A stretch of 58,198 nt of DNA from Betaproteobacteria bacterium (GCA_016177355.1 JACOVL010000075.1:1-58198), one strand, 5' to 3'. Counted from the first letter of the stretch, positions 19,483 to 29,674 are shown. Notes: generated from the letters alone by a model not told the origin. Numbers and translations: made by a program.

Positions 19483-21774
19483 ATGCATAAGCTGGAAATA
19501 ACGCGCATCTCGCTCGCCGTCCTCTGCGCTCTGCCGCTCTGCGCCGGCGCGCAGCAGGGGCTCAAGCTCAAATCGCAGCCCACGCTGATCCTGATCCCGC
19601 CGTCGGTCAAGGAGGAGGTACCGGTGTTCCTGGAGGCCGACCGGGTGCAGGGGCACAACGACAAGGAAACCGAAGCCGAGGGCGGCGTGCGGCTGCGCAA
19701 GCGCGGGCAGGCGGTTTACGCCGACCGCCTGCGTTACGACAAGCCCCGGGACGAAGTGACGGCCGAGGGCGGCGTGCGCATCGAGCAGCGCACGGACGTA
19801 ATGGAAGGCGCGCGGCTCAAGTTCAACCTCGAGACCGAGCGCGGATTCATGGACAACCTGAACTACACGCTGCACAAGACGCCGGACCTGAGCGGGCAGC
19901 GGCCGGCGTTCCGCGACACGGACGGGCGCGGCACGGCGGAGCATCTGCTGTTCGAGGGCCCGGGACAGTACCGCGCCCAGCGCGCGCAGTACACCACGTG
20001 CGGACCGGGCCGTGACGATTGGTACGTGCGCGCCGGAGAATTGAGCATAGACAAAAACCGCGACATCGGCACCGCGCGCGATGCGAGCATCGTGTTCCAG
20101 GGCGTGCCGATCTTCTACTCACCCTATCTTTCGTTCTCACTGCACCAGGAGCGCAAATCGGGCTTCCTCACTCCGCACTACGGCAACACCACCAAGGGCG
20201 GCGCCGAGTTGACCGTGCCCTTTTACTGGAACATCGCGCCCAATCGAGATGCCACCATTTCGCCGCGCGTGATGAGCAAGCGCGGCACTTTGCTGAATAC
20301 CGAGTTCCGCTATCTAGAGCCGACCTATCTCGGCGAGGCCCGCTTCGAGATCCTGCCGGATGACAACGAGCGCAACGGCAAGGAGCGCCACGCCTACTTC
20401 ATCCGTCACAACCACACCCTGCCCGGCGGCTGGTACGGCGCGCTCAATCTGCAGAGGGTTTCGGACGACACTTACTTCACCGATCTCTCGACCCAGATCG
20501 CGGTGGCCTCGCAGGTGCTGCTGCCGCGCGAAGGGACGCTCGGCCGCAACGGTATCTGGGGCGGCAACGGCACCTACGGCTTCAGCGCCTTGGTGCAGCG
20601 CTGGCAGACCCTGCAGGCCGACCCGCTGGTGCCGGTCACGGCGCCTTATGACCGCGTACCGCAGCTGACGCTCAACGCCTCGCGCCCGGACGTGCTGCGC
20701 TCGGATTTCGACTTCCAGGGCCAGTATGTCGGCTTCGACCATCCGACGCTGGTCAACGGCAGGCGGGCGCTGGCTTATCCAAGTCTCAGTCTGCCGCTGC
20801 AGACGGCATACGCTCACCTCACGCCGAAGCTGGGCGTGAACCTCACGCGCTATTCCATCGATCCGAACACCGCCGGCTTCACCGATCGGAACCGCACGCT
20901 GCCGGTCTTCAGCACCGACGCCGGCGTCGTGTTCGAGCGGCAGACCGCCTTCGGCGGGGCGTCGCTCGTGCAAACCCTCGAGCCCCGGCTCTACTACCTC
21001 TACATCCCGTTCCGCGACCAGAGCCGCATACCGGTGTTCGACAGCGGCCAGCAGGACATCAACTTCGCGACCATCTACTCGGAAAACCAGTTTGCCGGCT
21101 GGGACCGCATCAACGATGCCAATCAGGTGACGCTGGGCGTCACCTCGCGCTTCCTACAGTCCGACAGCGGCGCCGAACGGCTGCGCGTCGGCGTCGCGCA
21201 GCGCTTCTATTTCGACACGCAGCGCGTCACGCTGCCGGGCGTGCCGTTGCGCACCAGTACCAGTTCCGACCTGCTCGCCGCGCTTTCCGGCACGGTCGTC
21301 CGGGATTGGACGGTCGAAGCGGGCGCGCAGTACAGCACGACCTCCTCGCAGATCCAGAGACTCAACGTCGGCACCCGCTATCAACCGGCGCCCGGCAAGG
21401 TGCTGAACCTGAGCTATCGCGAGACGCTCAATTCCATCCGGCAGACCGATGTCTCCACGCAATGGCCCGTCGGCCGGGGCTGGACCGGGCTTGCGCGGTG
21501 GAATTATTCGCTGCGGGAGCAGCGCACGCTGGAAGGGCTGGTCGGCGCGGAATACAACGGCGGTTGCGGTTGCTGGGTGCTGCGCGTGGTCGCGCACCGC
21601 TTCGCAACCGCCACCCAGCAGGCTTCGACCACGTTTTTCGTGCAGCTCGAATTGAACGGGGTGTCGCGAGTCGGCTCTAACCCGCTGGAAACGCTCAAAC
21701 GCAACATCGGTGGTTATGTCAGACTGGATCCCCGCGCGCGGCAGGAAGAGCAGGGTACTCCCTATTACTATTGA
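19483..21774 (+). CDS. lptD: LPS-assembly outer membrane protein LptD
   Basis: ATG 19483 gives the signal peptide MHKLEITRISLAVLCALPLCAGAQQ. There is an N-terminal OstA-like region and a large beta-barrel, and the gene is followed by surA-pdxA-rsmA. Confidence 0.92.
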   Translation: MHKLEITRISLAVLCALPLCAGAQQGLKLKSQPTLILIPPSVKEEVPVFLEADRVQGHNDKETEAEGGVRLRKRGQAVYADRLRYDKPRDEVTAEGGVRIEQRTDVMEGARLKFNLETERGFMDNLNYTLHKTPDLSGQRPAFRDTDGRGTAEHLLFEGPGQYRAQRAQYTTCGPGRDDWYVRAGELSIDKNRDIGTARDASIVFQGVPIFYSPYLSFSLHQERKSGFLTPHYGNTTKGGAELTVPFYWNIAPNRDATISPRVMSKRGTLLNTEFRYLEPTYLGEARFEILPDDNERNGKERHAYFIRHNHTLPGGWYGALNLQRVSDDTYFTDLSTQIAVASQVLLPREGTLGRNGIWGGNGTYGFSALVQRWQTLQADPLVPVTAPYDRVPQLTLNASRPDVLRSDFDFQGQYVGFDHPTLVNGRRALAYPSLSLPLQTAYAHLTPKLGVNLTRYSIDPNTAGFTDRNRTLPVFSTDAGVVFERQTAFGGASLVQTLEPRLYYLYIPFRDQSRIPVFDSGQQDINFATIYSENQFAGWDRINDANQVTLGVTSRFLQSDSGAERLRVGVAQRFYFDTQRVTLPGVPLRTSTSSDLLAALSGTVVRDWTVEAGAQYSTTSSQIQRLNVGTRYQPAPGKVLNLSYRETLNSIRQTDVSTQWPVGRGWTGLARWNYSLREQRTLEGLVGAEYNGGCGCWVLRVVAHRFATATQQASTTFFVQLELNGVSRVGSNPLETLKRNIGGYVRLDPRARQEEQGTPYYY

Positions 21775-23125
21775 TGCCGGGCGCGGCCGCATCCCGGATG
21801 GCAAGGCGTTTGCCCGCGGTGCGCCGCTTGCACGCCTGCTGGTGCTCGCCGCCGCACTCGCGTGCCCGGCGCTGCCTGCACCGGCGCAGAAGCCGCGCCC
21901 CGTCGTTGTGCTCGACCGCATCGTGGCGGTGGTGAACGATGAAATCATCACCCGTCTCGATCTCGACCAGCGTCTCAAATTCGCTGTGTTGCAGCTGAAA
22001 CAGCAGGGCACGCCTCTGCCGCCACGCGTGGACCTGGAGAAGCGACTGCTCGACCGGCTGATCAGCGACCGCGTGCAACTTCAATACGCCAGGGAAACGG
22101 CCCTGCGCGTGGACGATGTGGAGCTCGACCGGGCCATCCAGCGCATCGCGCAGGACAACAAGCTCACCCTGCAGCGGTTGCGCGAGACACTGGAGAGGGA
22201 TGGCGTGCCGTTCGTCCGGTTCCGCGAGGACATCCGCAACGAGATCGTCATGACGCGGCTGCGGGAGCGCGAAGTTGACAACAAGATCACGGTCACGGAA
22301 GGCGAAGTCGAGAACTTCATCAAAACCCAGCAGGCCCAGGAGGGGCGCAGTGATGAATACAACCTGTCCCACATCCTCGTGACCGTTCCCGAGAATGCCA
22401 CCCCCGAGCAGATCCAGGTGCGCAGCGCCCGCGCCGAGCAGGCGCTGGCGCAAATCAAGTCCGGCGTCGATTTCCGCCAGGTCGCGGCCACCCACTCCGA
22501 GGCGCCCGACGCGCTCCAGGGAGGAGTCATGGGCTGGCGCGAAACGGCGAAGCTGCCAACGCTGTTCGTGGACGCGCTGAAACCGCTGCAAAGCGGGGAG
22601 ATCAGCTCCATCCTGCGCAGCGCCAACGGTTTTCACATCCTGAGGCTCAACGAGAAGCGCGGCAGCGCCGCCCCGGTGATCGTGCGCCAGACCCGCGCCC
22701 GGCACATCCTGATCAAGACCAACGAGCTCGTTTCGGAGGCGGAAGCGCGCAGACGCCTGGTGATCCTGAAGGAGCGGCTCGACAACAAGGCCGATTTCGC
22801 GGAACTGGCCCGCCTGCAGTCGGAAGACACGAGCGCCGCCAAGGGCGGGGACCTGGGGTGGCTCACGCCGGGCGGCACGGTACCGGAATTCGAGCGTGCG
22901 ATGGACGCCCTGGAGCCCGGCCAGGTGAGCCAGCCGGTCAAGACGCCGTTCGGCTGGCACCTGATCCAGGTGCTGGAGCGCCGCAACGAAGACATGTCCA
23001 AAGAGCGCCAGCAGTTCTCGGCGCGGATGGCTCTGCGCGCGCGCAAATCGGACGAGTCTTACCAGGAGTGGCTGCGCCAGCTCCGCGACAAGGCTTACGT
23101 CGAGTATCGCCTGGAAGAACGCTAG
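21716..23125 (+). CDS. surA: Periplasmic chaperone / peptidyl-prolyl isomerase SurA
   Basis: Contains DRIVAVVNDEIIT, two parvulin domains (LSHILV..., ARHILI...) and GGDLGW. The start is uncertain (ATG 21716 or GTG 21710). Both overlap the lptD 3' end. Confidence 0.88.
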   Translation: MSDWIPARGRKSRVLPITIDAGRGRIPDGKAFARGAPLARLLVLAAALACPALPAPAQKPRPVVVLDRIVAVVNDEIITRLDLDQRLKFAVLQLKQQGTPLPPRVDLEKRLLDRLISDRVQLQYARETALRVDDVELDRAIQRIAQDNKLTLQRLRETLERDGVPFVRFREDIRNEIVMTRLREREVDNKITVTEGEVENFIKTQQAQEGRSDEYNLSHILVTVPENATPEQIQVRSARAEQALAQIKSGVDFRQVAATHSEAPDALQGGVMGWRETAKLPTLFVDALKPLQSGEISSILRSANGFHILRLNEKRGSAAPVIVRQTRARHILIKTNELVSEAEARRRLVILKERLDNKADFAELARLQSEDTSAAKGGDLGWLTPGGTVPEFERAMDALEPGQVSQPVKTPFGWHLIQVLERRNEDMSKERQQFSARMALRARKSDESYQEWLRQLRDKAYVEYRLEER

Positions 23126-24129
23126 TGCGGCGCACCCCGTTGATTGCGGTCACCGCGGGTGAGCCCGCGGGCATCGGTCCCGATCTGTGCGTCGAGCTCG
23201 CGCGGCGGCGCCTGCCGGCGCGTATCGTCGTGGTGGCCGATCGCGGGCTGCTCAAGAACCGCTCGCGCGCGCTTGGCATGGCGCTCAGGGTCGCGGATTT
23301 CCCCGCAACCGGAATCCCGGCGCTCCGTGCCGGGGCGCTCATGGTGCGCCATGTCCCGCTCGCGGCCCCGGCGGTCGCGGGACGGCTCGACCCCGCCAAC
23401 AGCGGTTACGTGCTGCGCACGCTGGAGGTCGCCGCAAACGGCTGCCGCGAAGGCATATTCGATGCCATGGTGACCGGCCCCGCGCAAAAGAGCGTCATCA
23501 ACGACGCCGGCATCGCATTCAGCGGCCACACCGAATTCCTCGCCGGGCACACGGGGGCAAAGCACGTGGTCATGATGCTCGTGGGCGGCGGCATGCGGAT
23601 AGCGCTCGCCACCACCCATGTCGCGCTCAAGGACGTGGCGCGGAACATCACGCGGGAGGGGCTGGAGCGCACGCTGGCCGTCATCCACCACGATCTCATC
23701 GGGCGCTTTGCGATCACGCGCCCGCGGATCGCCGTCACCGGCTTGAACCCCCACGCCGGAGAAGCGGGCTATCTGGGGCGGGAGGAGGTCGAGATCATCG
23801 CGCCCGTGGTCGAACGCCTGCGCTTGCGGGGCTGGGACGTGGCAGGACCGCTGCCCGCCGATACCTTGTTCATCCCCGGGCGATTGAAGCATTACGACTG
23901 CGTGCTTGCGATGTACCACGACCAGGGCCTGCCGGTGCTCAAGTATGCGAGCTTCGGCGCCGGCGTCAACGTCACTCTGGGGCTGCCCATCATCCGCACT
24001 TCGGTGGATCACGGCACCGCGCTCGAACTCGCCGGGACCGGAAAGGCGGAAGCCGGCAGCCTGATCGAAGCCGTCAGGTTCGCCGCCAGACTCGCCGCCT
24101 GCCGCCGGCGCAAGCCCCGTTCCGGGTAA
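23125..24129 (+). CDS. pdxA: 4-hydroxythreonine-4-phosphate dehydrogenase PdxA
   Basis: GTG 23125 overlaps the last base of the surA TAG stop. The N-terminus IAVTAGEPAGIGPDL and GHTEFLA, NPHAGE, YHDQGL motifs match PdxA. Confidence 0.92.
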   Translation: MRRTPLIAVTAGEPAGIGPDLCVELARRRLPARIVVVADRGLLKNRSRALGMALRVADFPATGIPALRAGALMVRHVPLAAPAVAGRLDPANSGYVLRTLEVAANGCREGIFDAMVTGPAQKSVINDAGIAFSGHTEFLAGHTGAKHVVMMLVGGGMRIALATTHVALKDVARNITREGLERTLAVIHHDLIGRFAITRPRIAVTGLNPHAGEAGYLGREEVEIIAPVVERLRLRGWDVAGPLPADTLFIPGRLKHYDCVLAMYHDQGLPVLKYASFGAGVNVTLGLPIIRTSVDHGTALELAGTGKAEAGSLIEAVRFAARLAACRRRKPRSG

Positions 24130-24149
24130 AAAAACCGCGGAGCGCCAGG

Positions 24150-24932
24150 ATGCGCCACCGTCCCCGCAAGCGGTTCGGCCAGAATTTCCTCGTTGATGAA
24201 AGCGTCGTCGCCGCGATCGTCGCGGCCGTCGCGCCGCAGCCGGGAGATCGCGTCGTGGAAATTGGCCCCGGTCTGGGCGCGCTGACCCGACCGCTTTCCG
24301 CACAGGTCAATCACCTGCATGTCATTGAAATCGATCGAGATATCGTCAAACGCCTGGAGGCGACGTTGCCGCGGGAGCGGGTGACGATATACGCCGGGGA
24401 TGCGCTCAAATTCGATTTTTCCACACTGGGCCGGGGGCTGCGCGTGGTCGGCAACTTGCCGTACAACATTTCCACCCCGCTGCTGTTCCATCTGGCAGGC
24501 CATGCGGCGGCCATCCGCGACATCCACGTGATGCTGCAGAAAGAGGTCGTGGAGCGGATGGTTGCCCACCCGTCCGACTCGGACTACGGCCGGCTCTCGG
24601 TCATGCTGCAATACCGCTTCCGGATGGAGCGCGTCCTCGAGGTGCCGTCCGCCGCGTTCCATCCCGTGCCGAAAGTCGAGTCGGCGGTGGTGCGCATGGC
24701 GCCGTTCGCGCAGCCGCCGCATCCCGCGCGCGACGAGGCGCTGTTCGCAGCTATCGTCGCCGCCGCCTTTGCCCAGCGCCGCAAGACGCTGCGCAACGCG
24801 TTGAGACAGCATTTCGGCACCGAGGATTTCCGGCGGCTCGGCGTGGACGCCGGCTTGCGCGCGCAGGACCTGAGCGTTGAGGATTTCGTCCGCCTGGCCG
24901 ATCACGCCGCGGTGCGGGCGAAGCGCGCTTAG
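24150..24932 (+). CDS. rsmA: 16S rRNA (adenine1518/1519-N6)-dimethyltransferase RsmA/KsgA
   Basis: ATG 24150 gives [16 protein letters not shown], followed by [12 protein letters not shown] (SAM motif) and NLPYNISTP. Confidence 0.93.
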   Translation: MRHRPRKRFGQNFLVDESVVAAIVAAVAPQPGDRVVEIGPGLGALTRPLSAQVNHLHVIEIDRDIVKRLEATLPRERVTIYAGDALKFDFSTLGRGLRVVGNLPYNISTPLLFHLAGHAAAIRDIHVMLQKEVVERMVAHPSDSDYGRLSVMLQYRFRMERVLEVPSAAFHPVPKVESAVVRMAPFAQPPHPARDEALFAAIVAAAFAQRRKTLRNALRQHFGTEDFRRLGVDAGLRAQDLSVEDFVRLADHAAVRAKRA

Positions 24933-24942
24933 CGCGCTTTTC
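24921..24942. terminator. Palindromic GC hairpin holding both convergent stop codons (rsmA TAG, gloA TAA); probable bidirectional terminator
   Basis: The sequence AAGCGCGCTTAGCGCGCTTTTC has stem GCGCGC/GCGCGC (24923-24928 / 24932-24937) and a 3-nt loop TTA. A T-run follows on the + strand. Confidence 0.5.
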
Positions 24943-25318
24943 TCTGGACGAACTCGATCTTGTAGCCGTCGGGGTCCTCGACGAAGGCGATCACGGTGGC
25001 GCCGTGCTTCATCGGCCCCGCCTCGCGCGTGACCCTGCCGCCGCGCTGTCTCACTTCGTCGCAAGCGCGGTAGGCGTCCCCGACCTCGATCGCAACGTGG
25101 CCGTAGCCGGTGCCGGGATCGTAGGATTTCGTGTCCCAGTTGTGGGTGAGCTCGAGCACGGCTGCTTTCGATTCGTCGTCGTAGCCCACGAACGCGTTGG
25201 TAAAGCGGCCGCCCGGATAATCCATCTTGCGCAGCAGCTTCATGCCGAGCACCTGGGTATAGAAGTCGAGCGAGCGCTGGAGATCGCCGACGCGGATCAT
25301 GGTATGCAGGATTCTCAT
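24929..25318 (-). CDS. gloA: Lactoylglutathione lyase (glyoxalase I)
   Basis: ATG 25318 gives [26 protein letters not shown]. The 129-aa protein has ELTHNW and GYGHVAIEV motifs. The start forms an ATGA overlap with the rubredoxin stop. Confidence 0.92.
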   Translation of the reverse strand: MRILHTMIRVGDLQRSLDFYTQVLGMKLLRKMDYPGGRFTNAFVGYDDESKAAVLELTHNWDTKSYDPGTGYGHVAIEVGDAYRACDEVRQRGGRVTREAGPMKHGATVIAFVEDPDGYKIEFVQRKAR

Positions 25319-25503
25319 ATCTCCACCATCTCGAAATCCTCCTTGCGCGCGCCGCATTCCGGGCAGGTCCAGTTCATCGGTATGTCTTCCCACTTGGTGC
25401 CGGGGGCGATGCCTTCGTCGGGCAGCCCCGCGGCCTCGTCGTAGAGGAAACCGCAGATCAGGCACATGTAAGTTTTGTAGACTTGGGTGTCGGCGGCGGT
25501 CAT
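25315..25503 (-). CDS. Rubredoxin
   Basis: 62 aa with the two Cys pairs CLICG and CPECG, plus WEDIP and the conserved aromatic residues. Confidence 0.9.
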   Translation of the reverse strand: MTAADTQVYKTYMCLICGFLYDEAAGLPDEGIAPGTKWEDIPMNWTCPECGARKEDFEMVEI

Positions 25504-25520
25504 GCAGTCATCCGTTTTAA

Positions 25521-25539
25521 GATAGAATCCGATTCTATC
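25521..25539. promoter_or_regulatory. Perfect 8-bp inverted repeat in the rubredoxin/thiD divergent promoter region (candidate operator)
   Basis: GATAGAAT-CCG-ATTCTATC, located 18 nt from the rubredoxin ATG and 50 nt from the thiD ATG. Confidence 0.3.
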
Positions 25540-25588
25540 GAATCATCCCGCCGCGACCAACCGCGCGGGGCCGGAATTTTCCCGACAC

Positions 25589-26422
25589 ATGTCCGATCTC
25601 CCGCCCATTGTCCTCGTGTTCGCCGCGACCGATCCCAGCGGCGGCGCCGGGCTGCAGGCCGATATCATGACGCTCTCGAGCATGGGCTGCCATCCGCTTT
25701 CCGTCGTGACCGCGGTCACCATCCAGGACACGATGGGGGTGGACGACATCAGCCCGATCGACGCCGAATGGGTCGCCGATCAGGCGCGCTGCGTGCTCGA
25801 GGACATGCCGGTCGCCGCGTTCAAGATCGGCCTCGTCGGCAACGTGGAGCAGATCGCCGCGATCGCGGAAGTGGTTTCCGATTATCCGGAGGTGCCGCTG
25901 GTGCTCGACCCGGTGCTGGCATCGGGCCGGGGCGACGAGCTGGTTTCCGAGGAAGTGGTGAACGCGCTGCGGGAACTGCTCATTCCGCAAGCCACCATCG
26001 TCACGCCCAACAGCCTAGAGGCGCGGCGGCTCGCGGCGGACGACTCCGAAGAGGCGAGCGGCACCGATCTCGCCGAATGCGCGCGGCGCATGATCGCTTC
26101 CGGCTGCGAATACGTCCTCATCACCGGCACCCACGAGAACACCCCGGAGGTCGTCAATACCCTCTATGGAGAAAATGGCGTGGTGCGCAGCGACAGCTGG
26201 CAGCGGCTGTCCGGGTCGTATCATGGTTCGGGTTGCACGCTGGCCTCCGCCATTGCCGCCACCCTGGCGAACGGGCTGGAGATCAGCGACGCGGTGAAGG
26301 ACGCCCAGGAATACACCTGGCAGACGTTGAAGACCGCGTTCCGGCCCGGCATGGGCCAGCACATCCCGGACCGCCTGTTCTGGGCGCGGGAAGAAGAGCG
26401 AGCCGATGAAGGCGGAGGTTAA
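25589..26422 (+). CDS. thiD: Hydroxymethylpyrimidine/phosphomethylpyrimidine kinase ThiD
   Basis: 277 aa with DPSGGAGLQADI, VLDPV and GSGCTLASAIAA motifs. Confidence 0.92.
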   Translation: MSDLPPIVLVFAATDPSGGAGLQADIMTLSSMGCHPLSVVTAVTIQDTMGVDDISPIDAEWVADQARCVLEDMPVAAFKIGLVGNVEQIAAIAEVVSDYPEVPLVLDPVLASGRGDELVSEEVVNALRELLIPQATIVTPNSLEARRLAADDSEEASGTDLAECARRMIASGCEYVLITGTHENTPEVVNTLYGENGVVRSDSWQRLSGSYHGSGCTLASAIAATLANGLEISDAVKDAQEYTWQTLKTAFRPGMGQHIPDRLFWAREEERADEGGG

Positions 26423-27035
26423 GGGTCTTTACGCCGTCACGCCCGATATCGCCGATACCGCCGAGCTGCTTGCCCGGGCGGGGGCAGCGCTTGCCGGCGG
26501 CGCGAAGCTGCTGCAGTACCGCAACAAAACCGCCGGCGCCGCGTTGCGGCTGGTGCAGGCGCGTGCGCTGCTCGCTCTGTGCCGGGAGCACCACGTGCCG
26601 CTCATCATCAACGATCACCTCGAGCTGGCGCTAGCGCTCGATGCGCACGGCCTGCACCTGGGCGGCGAGAATGGCTCGGTGGCCGCGGCGCGCGAGCGCC
26701 TGGGTTCCGGCAAGATACTCGGCGTCTCCTGCTACGGCCGGATCGAGAATGCGCATGCCGCCGTCGACGCCGGCGCCACCTATGTCGCGTTCGGCGGCTT
26801 CTTTCCTTCCAAGGTCAAGCCGGGAAGCGCGCGTACGCCAGTCGAGCTGCTTGGCGTAGCGAAGCGCGAACTCAAGTTGCCGGTGGTAGCCATCGGCGGT
26901 ATCACGCTCGATAATGCGCCGCAATTGCTCGCCGCAGGGGCCGACGGCGTGGCGGTCATCACCGCCCTGTTCGAAGCACCCGACGTAAAACTCGCGGCGC
27001 AGCGCTTCAAGGCATTGTTCGACGCTCAATCATGA
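26406..27035 (+). CDS. thiE: Thiamine-phosphate synthase ThiE
   Basis: 209 aa with [18 protein letters not shown] and VAIGGI motifs. Overlaps thiD by 17 nt. Confidence 0.92.
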   Translation: MKAEVKGLYAVTPDIADTAELLARAGAALAGGAKLLQYRNKTAGAALRLVQARALLALCREHHVPLIINDHLELALALDAHGLHLGGENGSVAAARERLGSGKILGVSCYGRIENAHAAVDAGATYVAFGGFFPSKVKPGSARTPVELLGVAKRELKLPVVAIGGITLDNAPQLLAAGADGVAVITALFEAPDVKLAAQRFKALFDAQS

Positions 27036-28312
27036 AACGCAGCCAGAAGCTGTTCCAGCACGCCCAGCTCTTCATCCCCGGCGGGGTCAATTCTCCGGTG
27101 CGCGCCTTCCAGTCGGTGGGCGGAACGCCGCCTTTCATCCAGCGCGGCCGGGGCGCGCAGATATGGGATGTCGACGGCAAGGCCTACATCGATTACGTCG
27201 GATCGTGGGGGCCGCTCATCGTCGGCCACGCCCATCCCGATGTGCTGAAAGCGGTACAGCAGGCCTGCGAGCGGGGGCTTTCCTACGGCGCGCCGACCGA
27301 ACAGGAAGTGGAAATGGCGGAATTGCTGTGCAAGCTCGTGCCCTCGCTCGAGCGGGTGCGGCTCACGAGCTCCGGCACGGAAGCGACCATGACGGCATTG
27401 CGTCTGGCGCGCGGCCACACCGGCCGGCCCAAGATCGTCAAATTCGAGGGCTGCTACCACGGTCATGCCGATTCGCTGCTGGTCAAGGCGGGCTCGGGCG
27501 CGCTCACACTGGGGCAGCCTTCTTCTGCGGGCGTGCCTGCGGAAACCGCGGCGCACACCATCGTGCTCGACTATAACGACGAGACTGCGCTGGAGCGAGC
27601 TTTCAAGCGGGATGGCGACCGGATCGCCGCGGTCATTGTCGAGCCGGTCGCCGGCAACATGAACCTCGTCGCGCCACGGCCGTCTTTTCTCGAAGCGCTG
27701 CGCGGGATCTGCACCCGATACGGCGCGGTGCTGATCTTCGACGAAGTGATGACCGGCTTTCGCGTTGCGCTCGGCGGCGCGCAGTCGCTCTACGGCATCA
27801 AGCCCGACCTCACCACCCTCGGCAAGGTGATCGGCGGGGGGCTCCCGGTCGGCGGCTGCGGCGGGCGGCGCGATATCATGCAGGCGATCGCGCCGCTCGG
27901 CCCCGTCTACCAGGCGGGCACGCTCTCGGGCAACCCGGTGGCGGTCGCGGCGGGGTTGGCGACGCTGAAGCTCATCCAGGCGCCGGGCTTTTTCGACCGG
28001 CTCGCCGCCACCACCCGCGCGTTATGCGAGGGCCTGACCGGCGCGGCGCGGGCGCGCGGCGTCCCGTTCTGCGCGCAAAACATCGGCGGCATGTTCGGGC
28101 TGTACTTCCGCGAGACGCCGCCCGCGAGCTACGCCGAGGTCATGCAGTGCGACAAGGAGGCGTTCAACCGTTTCTTCCACGCCATGCTGGCCGCGGGGGT
28201 TTACTTTGCGCCGTCGGCTTACGAAGCGGGGTTCGTCTCGAGCGCGCATGGCGCGCCCGAAATCGACAAGACGGTGAACGCAGCGCACAAGGCCTTCGCC
28301 GCGATGCGGTAG
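27032..28312 (+). CDS. hemL: Glutamate-1-semialdehyde 2,1-aminomutase HemL
   Basis: 426 aa with [21 protein letters not shown] and the PLP-lysine context [14 protein letters not shown] overlap with the thiE stop. Confidence 0.95.
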   Translation: MKRSQKLFQHAQLFIPGGVNSPVRAFQSVGGTPPFIQRGRGAQIWDVDGKAYIDYVGSWGPLIVGHAHPDVLKAVQQACERGLSYGAPTEQEVEMAELLCKLVPSLERVRLTSSGTEATMTALRLARGHTGRPKIVKFEGCYHGHADSLLVKAGSGALTLGQPSSAGVPAETAAHTIVLDYNDETALERAFKRDGDRIAAVIVEPVAGNMNLVAPRPSFLEALRGICTRYGAVLIFDEVMTGFRVALGGAQSLYGIKPDLTTLGKVIGGGLPVGGCGGRRDIMQAIAPLGPVYQAGTLSGNPVAVAAGLATLKLIQAPGFFDRLAATTRALCEGLTGAARARGVPFCAQNIGGMFGLYFRETPPASYAEVMQCDKEAFNRFFHAMLAAGVYFAPSAYEAGFVSSAHGAPEIDKTVNAAHKAFAAMR

Positions 28313-28344
28313 CGCCAAGCGCTTGAATGCGGGTGCTGCAGGGT

Positions 28345-28980
28345 TCAGCGCAGCCCGGCGATGTATTCGGCGACCGCCGCGATTTCCCGGTCGGAGAGCT
28401 TCTCGGCCACCGCGCGCATCATGCGATTGGGATCGTTGGCGCGCTCGCCGGAACGAAACGCCTTCAATTGCGCCGCCGAATACTCGGCGTATTGCCCGGC
28501 AAGCCGCGGGAACGGGGCCGGCACGCCGGCACCGTTGGGGCCGTGGCATGAAGTGCAGGCCGCGACACCCTTCGCCAGAATACCGCCGCGGTAGATCGCC
28601 TGGCCGAGCCGGACGAGCTCGGGGTCGCGCGCCGCGCGCGGCCGGGGCTTGCTGTTCTCGAAAAAACCCGCGAGGTTGCGCATGTCTTCCGCGGAAAGGC
28701 TCGCGACCATGCCCGCCATCACGGCGTTCGGGCGCTCGGCGGGTTTCCCGCCCTGCGGCTTGAAGTTCACGAGTTGCTTCAGGGTGTAGTCCGCGTGCTG
28801 GCCGGCGAGCACGGGGTTGGCGGACTGGGCGCTGTTGCCGTCCGCCCCATGACAGGCGGCGCAGACCTGGGTGACGATCTGCTGTGCTCTGGCCGGGTCC
28901 GCCTTGGGCAGCGCCTGGGCCCAGGCTGCGGGAGCAATCAGTAAGCCGGCGATCAGCGTCACGGGCCAGCGGAAAATCAT
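28345..28980 (-). CDS. Diheme cytochrome c4
   Basis: Two heme motifs, CAACHGADG and CTSCHGPNG. ATG 28980 has AAAGGAA 5-6 nt upstream and gives the signal peptide MIFRWPVTLIAGLLIAPAAWAQ. ATG 28995 is the alternative. It is divergent from engB, as in Pseudomonas. Confidence 0.88.
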   Translation of the reverse strand: MIFRWPVTLIAGLLIAPAAWAQALPKADPARAQQIVTQVCAACHGADGNSAQSANPVLAGQHADYTLKQLVNFKPQGGKPAERPNAVMAGMVASLSAEDMRNLAGFFENSKPRPRAARDPELVRLGQAIYRGGILAKGVAACTSCHGPNGAGVPAPFPRLAGQYAEYSAAQLKAFRSGERANDPNRMMRAVAEKLSDREIAAVAEYIAGLR

Positions 28981-29078
28981 GCGGGTTCCTTTCATGCGCT
29001 GCTGGTTATCGGGCGCAGCGCGTATTGTATAGTACGCCCCTGCCCGCGCGCCAGTTTCAGGCGCGATAACAATAACCT

Positions 29079-29669
29079 ATGTCACTTTTCGCGCCTGCCG
29101 AGTTTTTTCGCGCGGTCCACCGCTTCGAGGACCTTCCGCCCGACAGGGGCGCCGAAGTCGCGTTCGCGGGACGCTCCAACGCCGGCAAATCGAGCGCGAT
29201 CAACGCGCTCGTCAACCGCCGGCGGCTCGCGCACGTGAGCAAGGCGCCGGGCCGCACGCAGACGATCAATTTTTTCAGCCTGGGCGGCAGCCGCTTTTTG
29301 GTGGACCTGCCGGGCTACGGTTACGCCTCGGTGGCGCGGCAGGAACGCGCGCGCTGGGGTGAGTTGATCAACGCTTACCTCACGACCCGAGACTGCCTGC
29401 GCGGGCTCGTGCTGATCGCCGATATCCGCCGGTCGCTGACTGCGCCCGACCGCCAGCTGATCGAGTGGTTCGCGCCCGCCGCCAGGCCCATCCACGTGCT
29501 GCTCACCAAGGCGGACAAGCTCACCGCCGCGCACCGCAGGCAGGCGCTCAAGAACACCGGCGCCGAATTGCGCCGCGAACATCCCGGCTTGTCCGTGCAG
29601 CTTTTTTCAAGCGAGACAAGGGATGGCGTGGCGCAGGCGCAGCAAACCGTAAGCGGGTGGCTGGCATAA
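29079..29669 (+). CDS. engB: Ribosome biogenesis GTP-binding protein EngB/YihA
   Basis: G1 motif GRSNAGKSSAINAL, G3 motif DLPGYG, G4 motif TKADK. Confidence 0.92.
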   Translation: MSLFAPAEFFRAVHRFEDLPPDRGAEVAFAGRSNAGKSSAINALVNRRRLAHVSKAPGRTQTINFFSLGGSRFLVDLPGYGYASVARQERARWGELINAYLTTRDCLRGLVLIADIRRSLTAPDRQLIEWFAPAARPIHVLLTKADKLTAAHRRQALKNTGAELRREHPGLSVQLFSSETRDGVAQAQQTVSGWLA

Positions 29670-29674
29670 AAAAA

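Noticed and set aside
25504-25588. Possible TPP (THI-box) riboswitch in front of thiD.
   Set aside because: The spacer is only 85 nt, and I could not find the conserved THI-element cores. It needs an Rfam scan for certainty.
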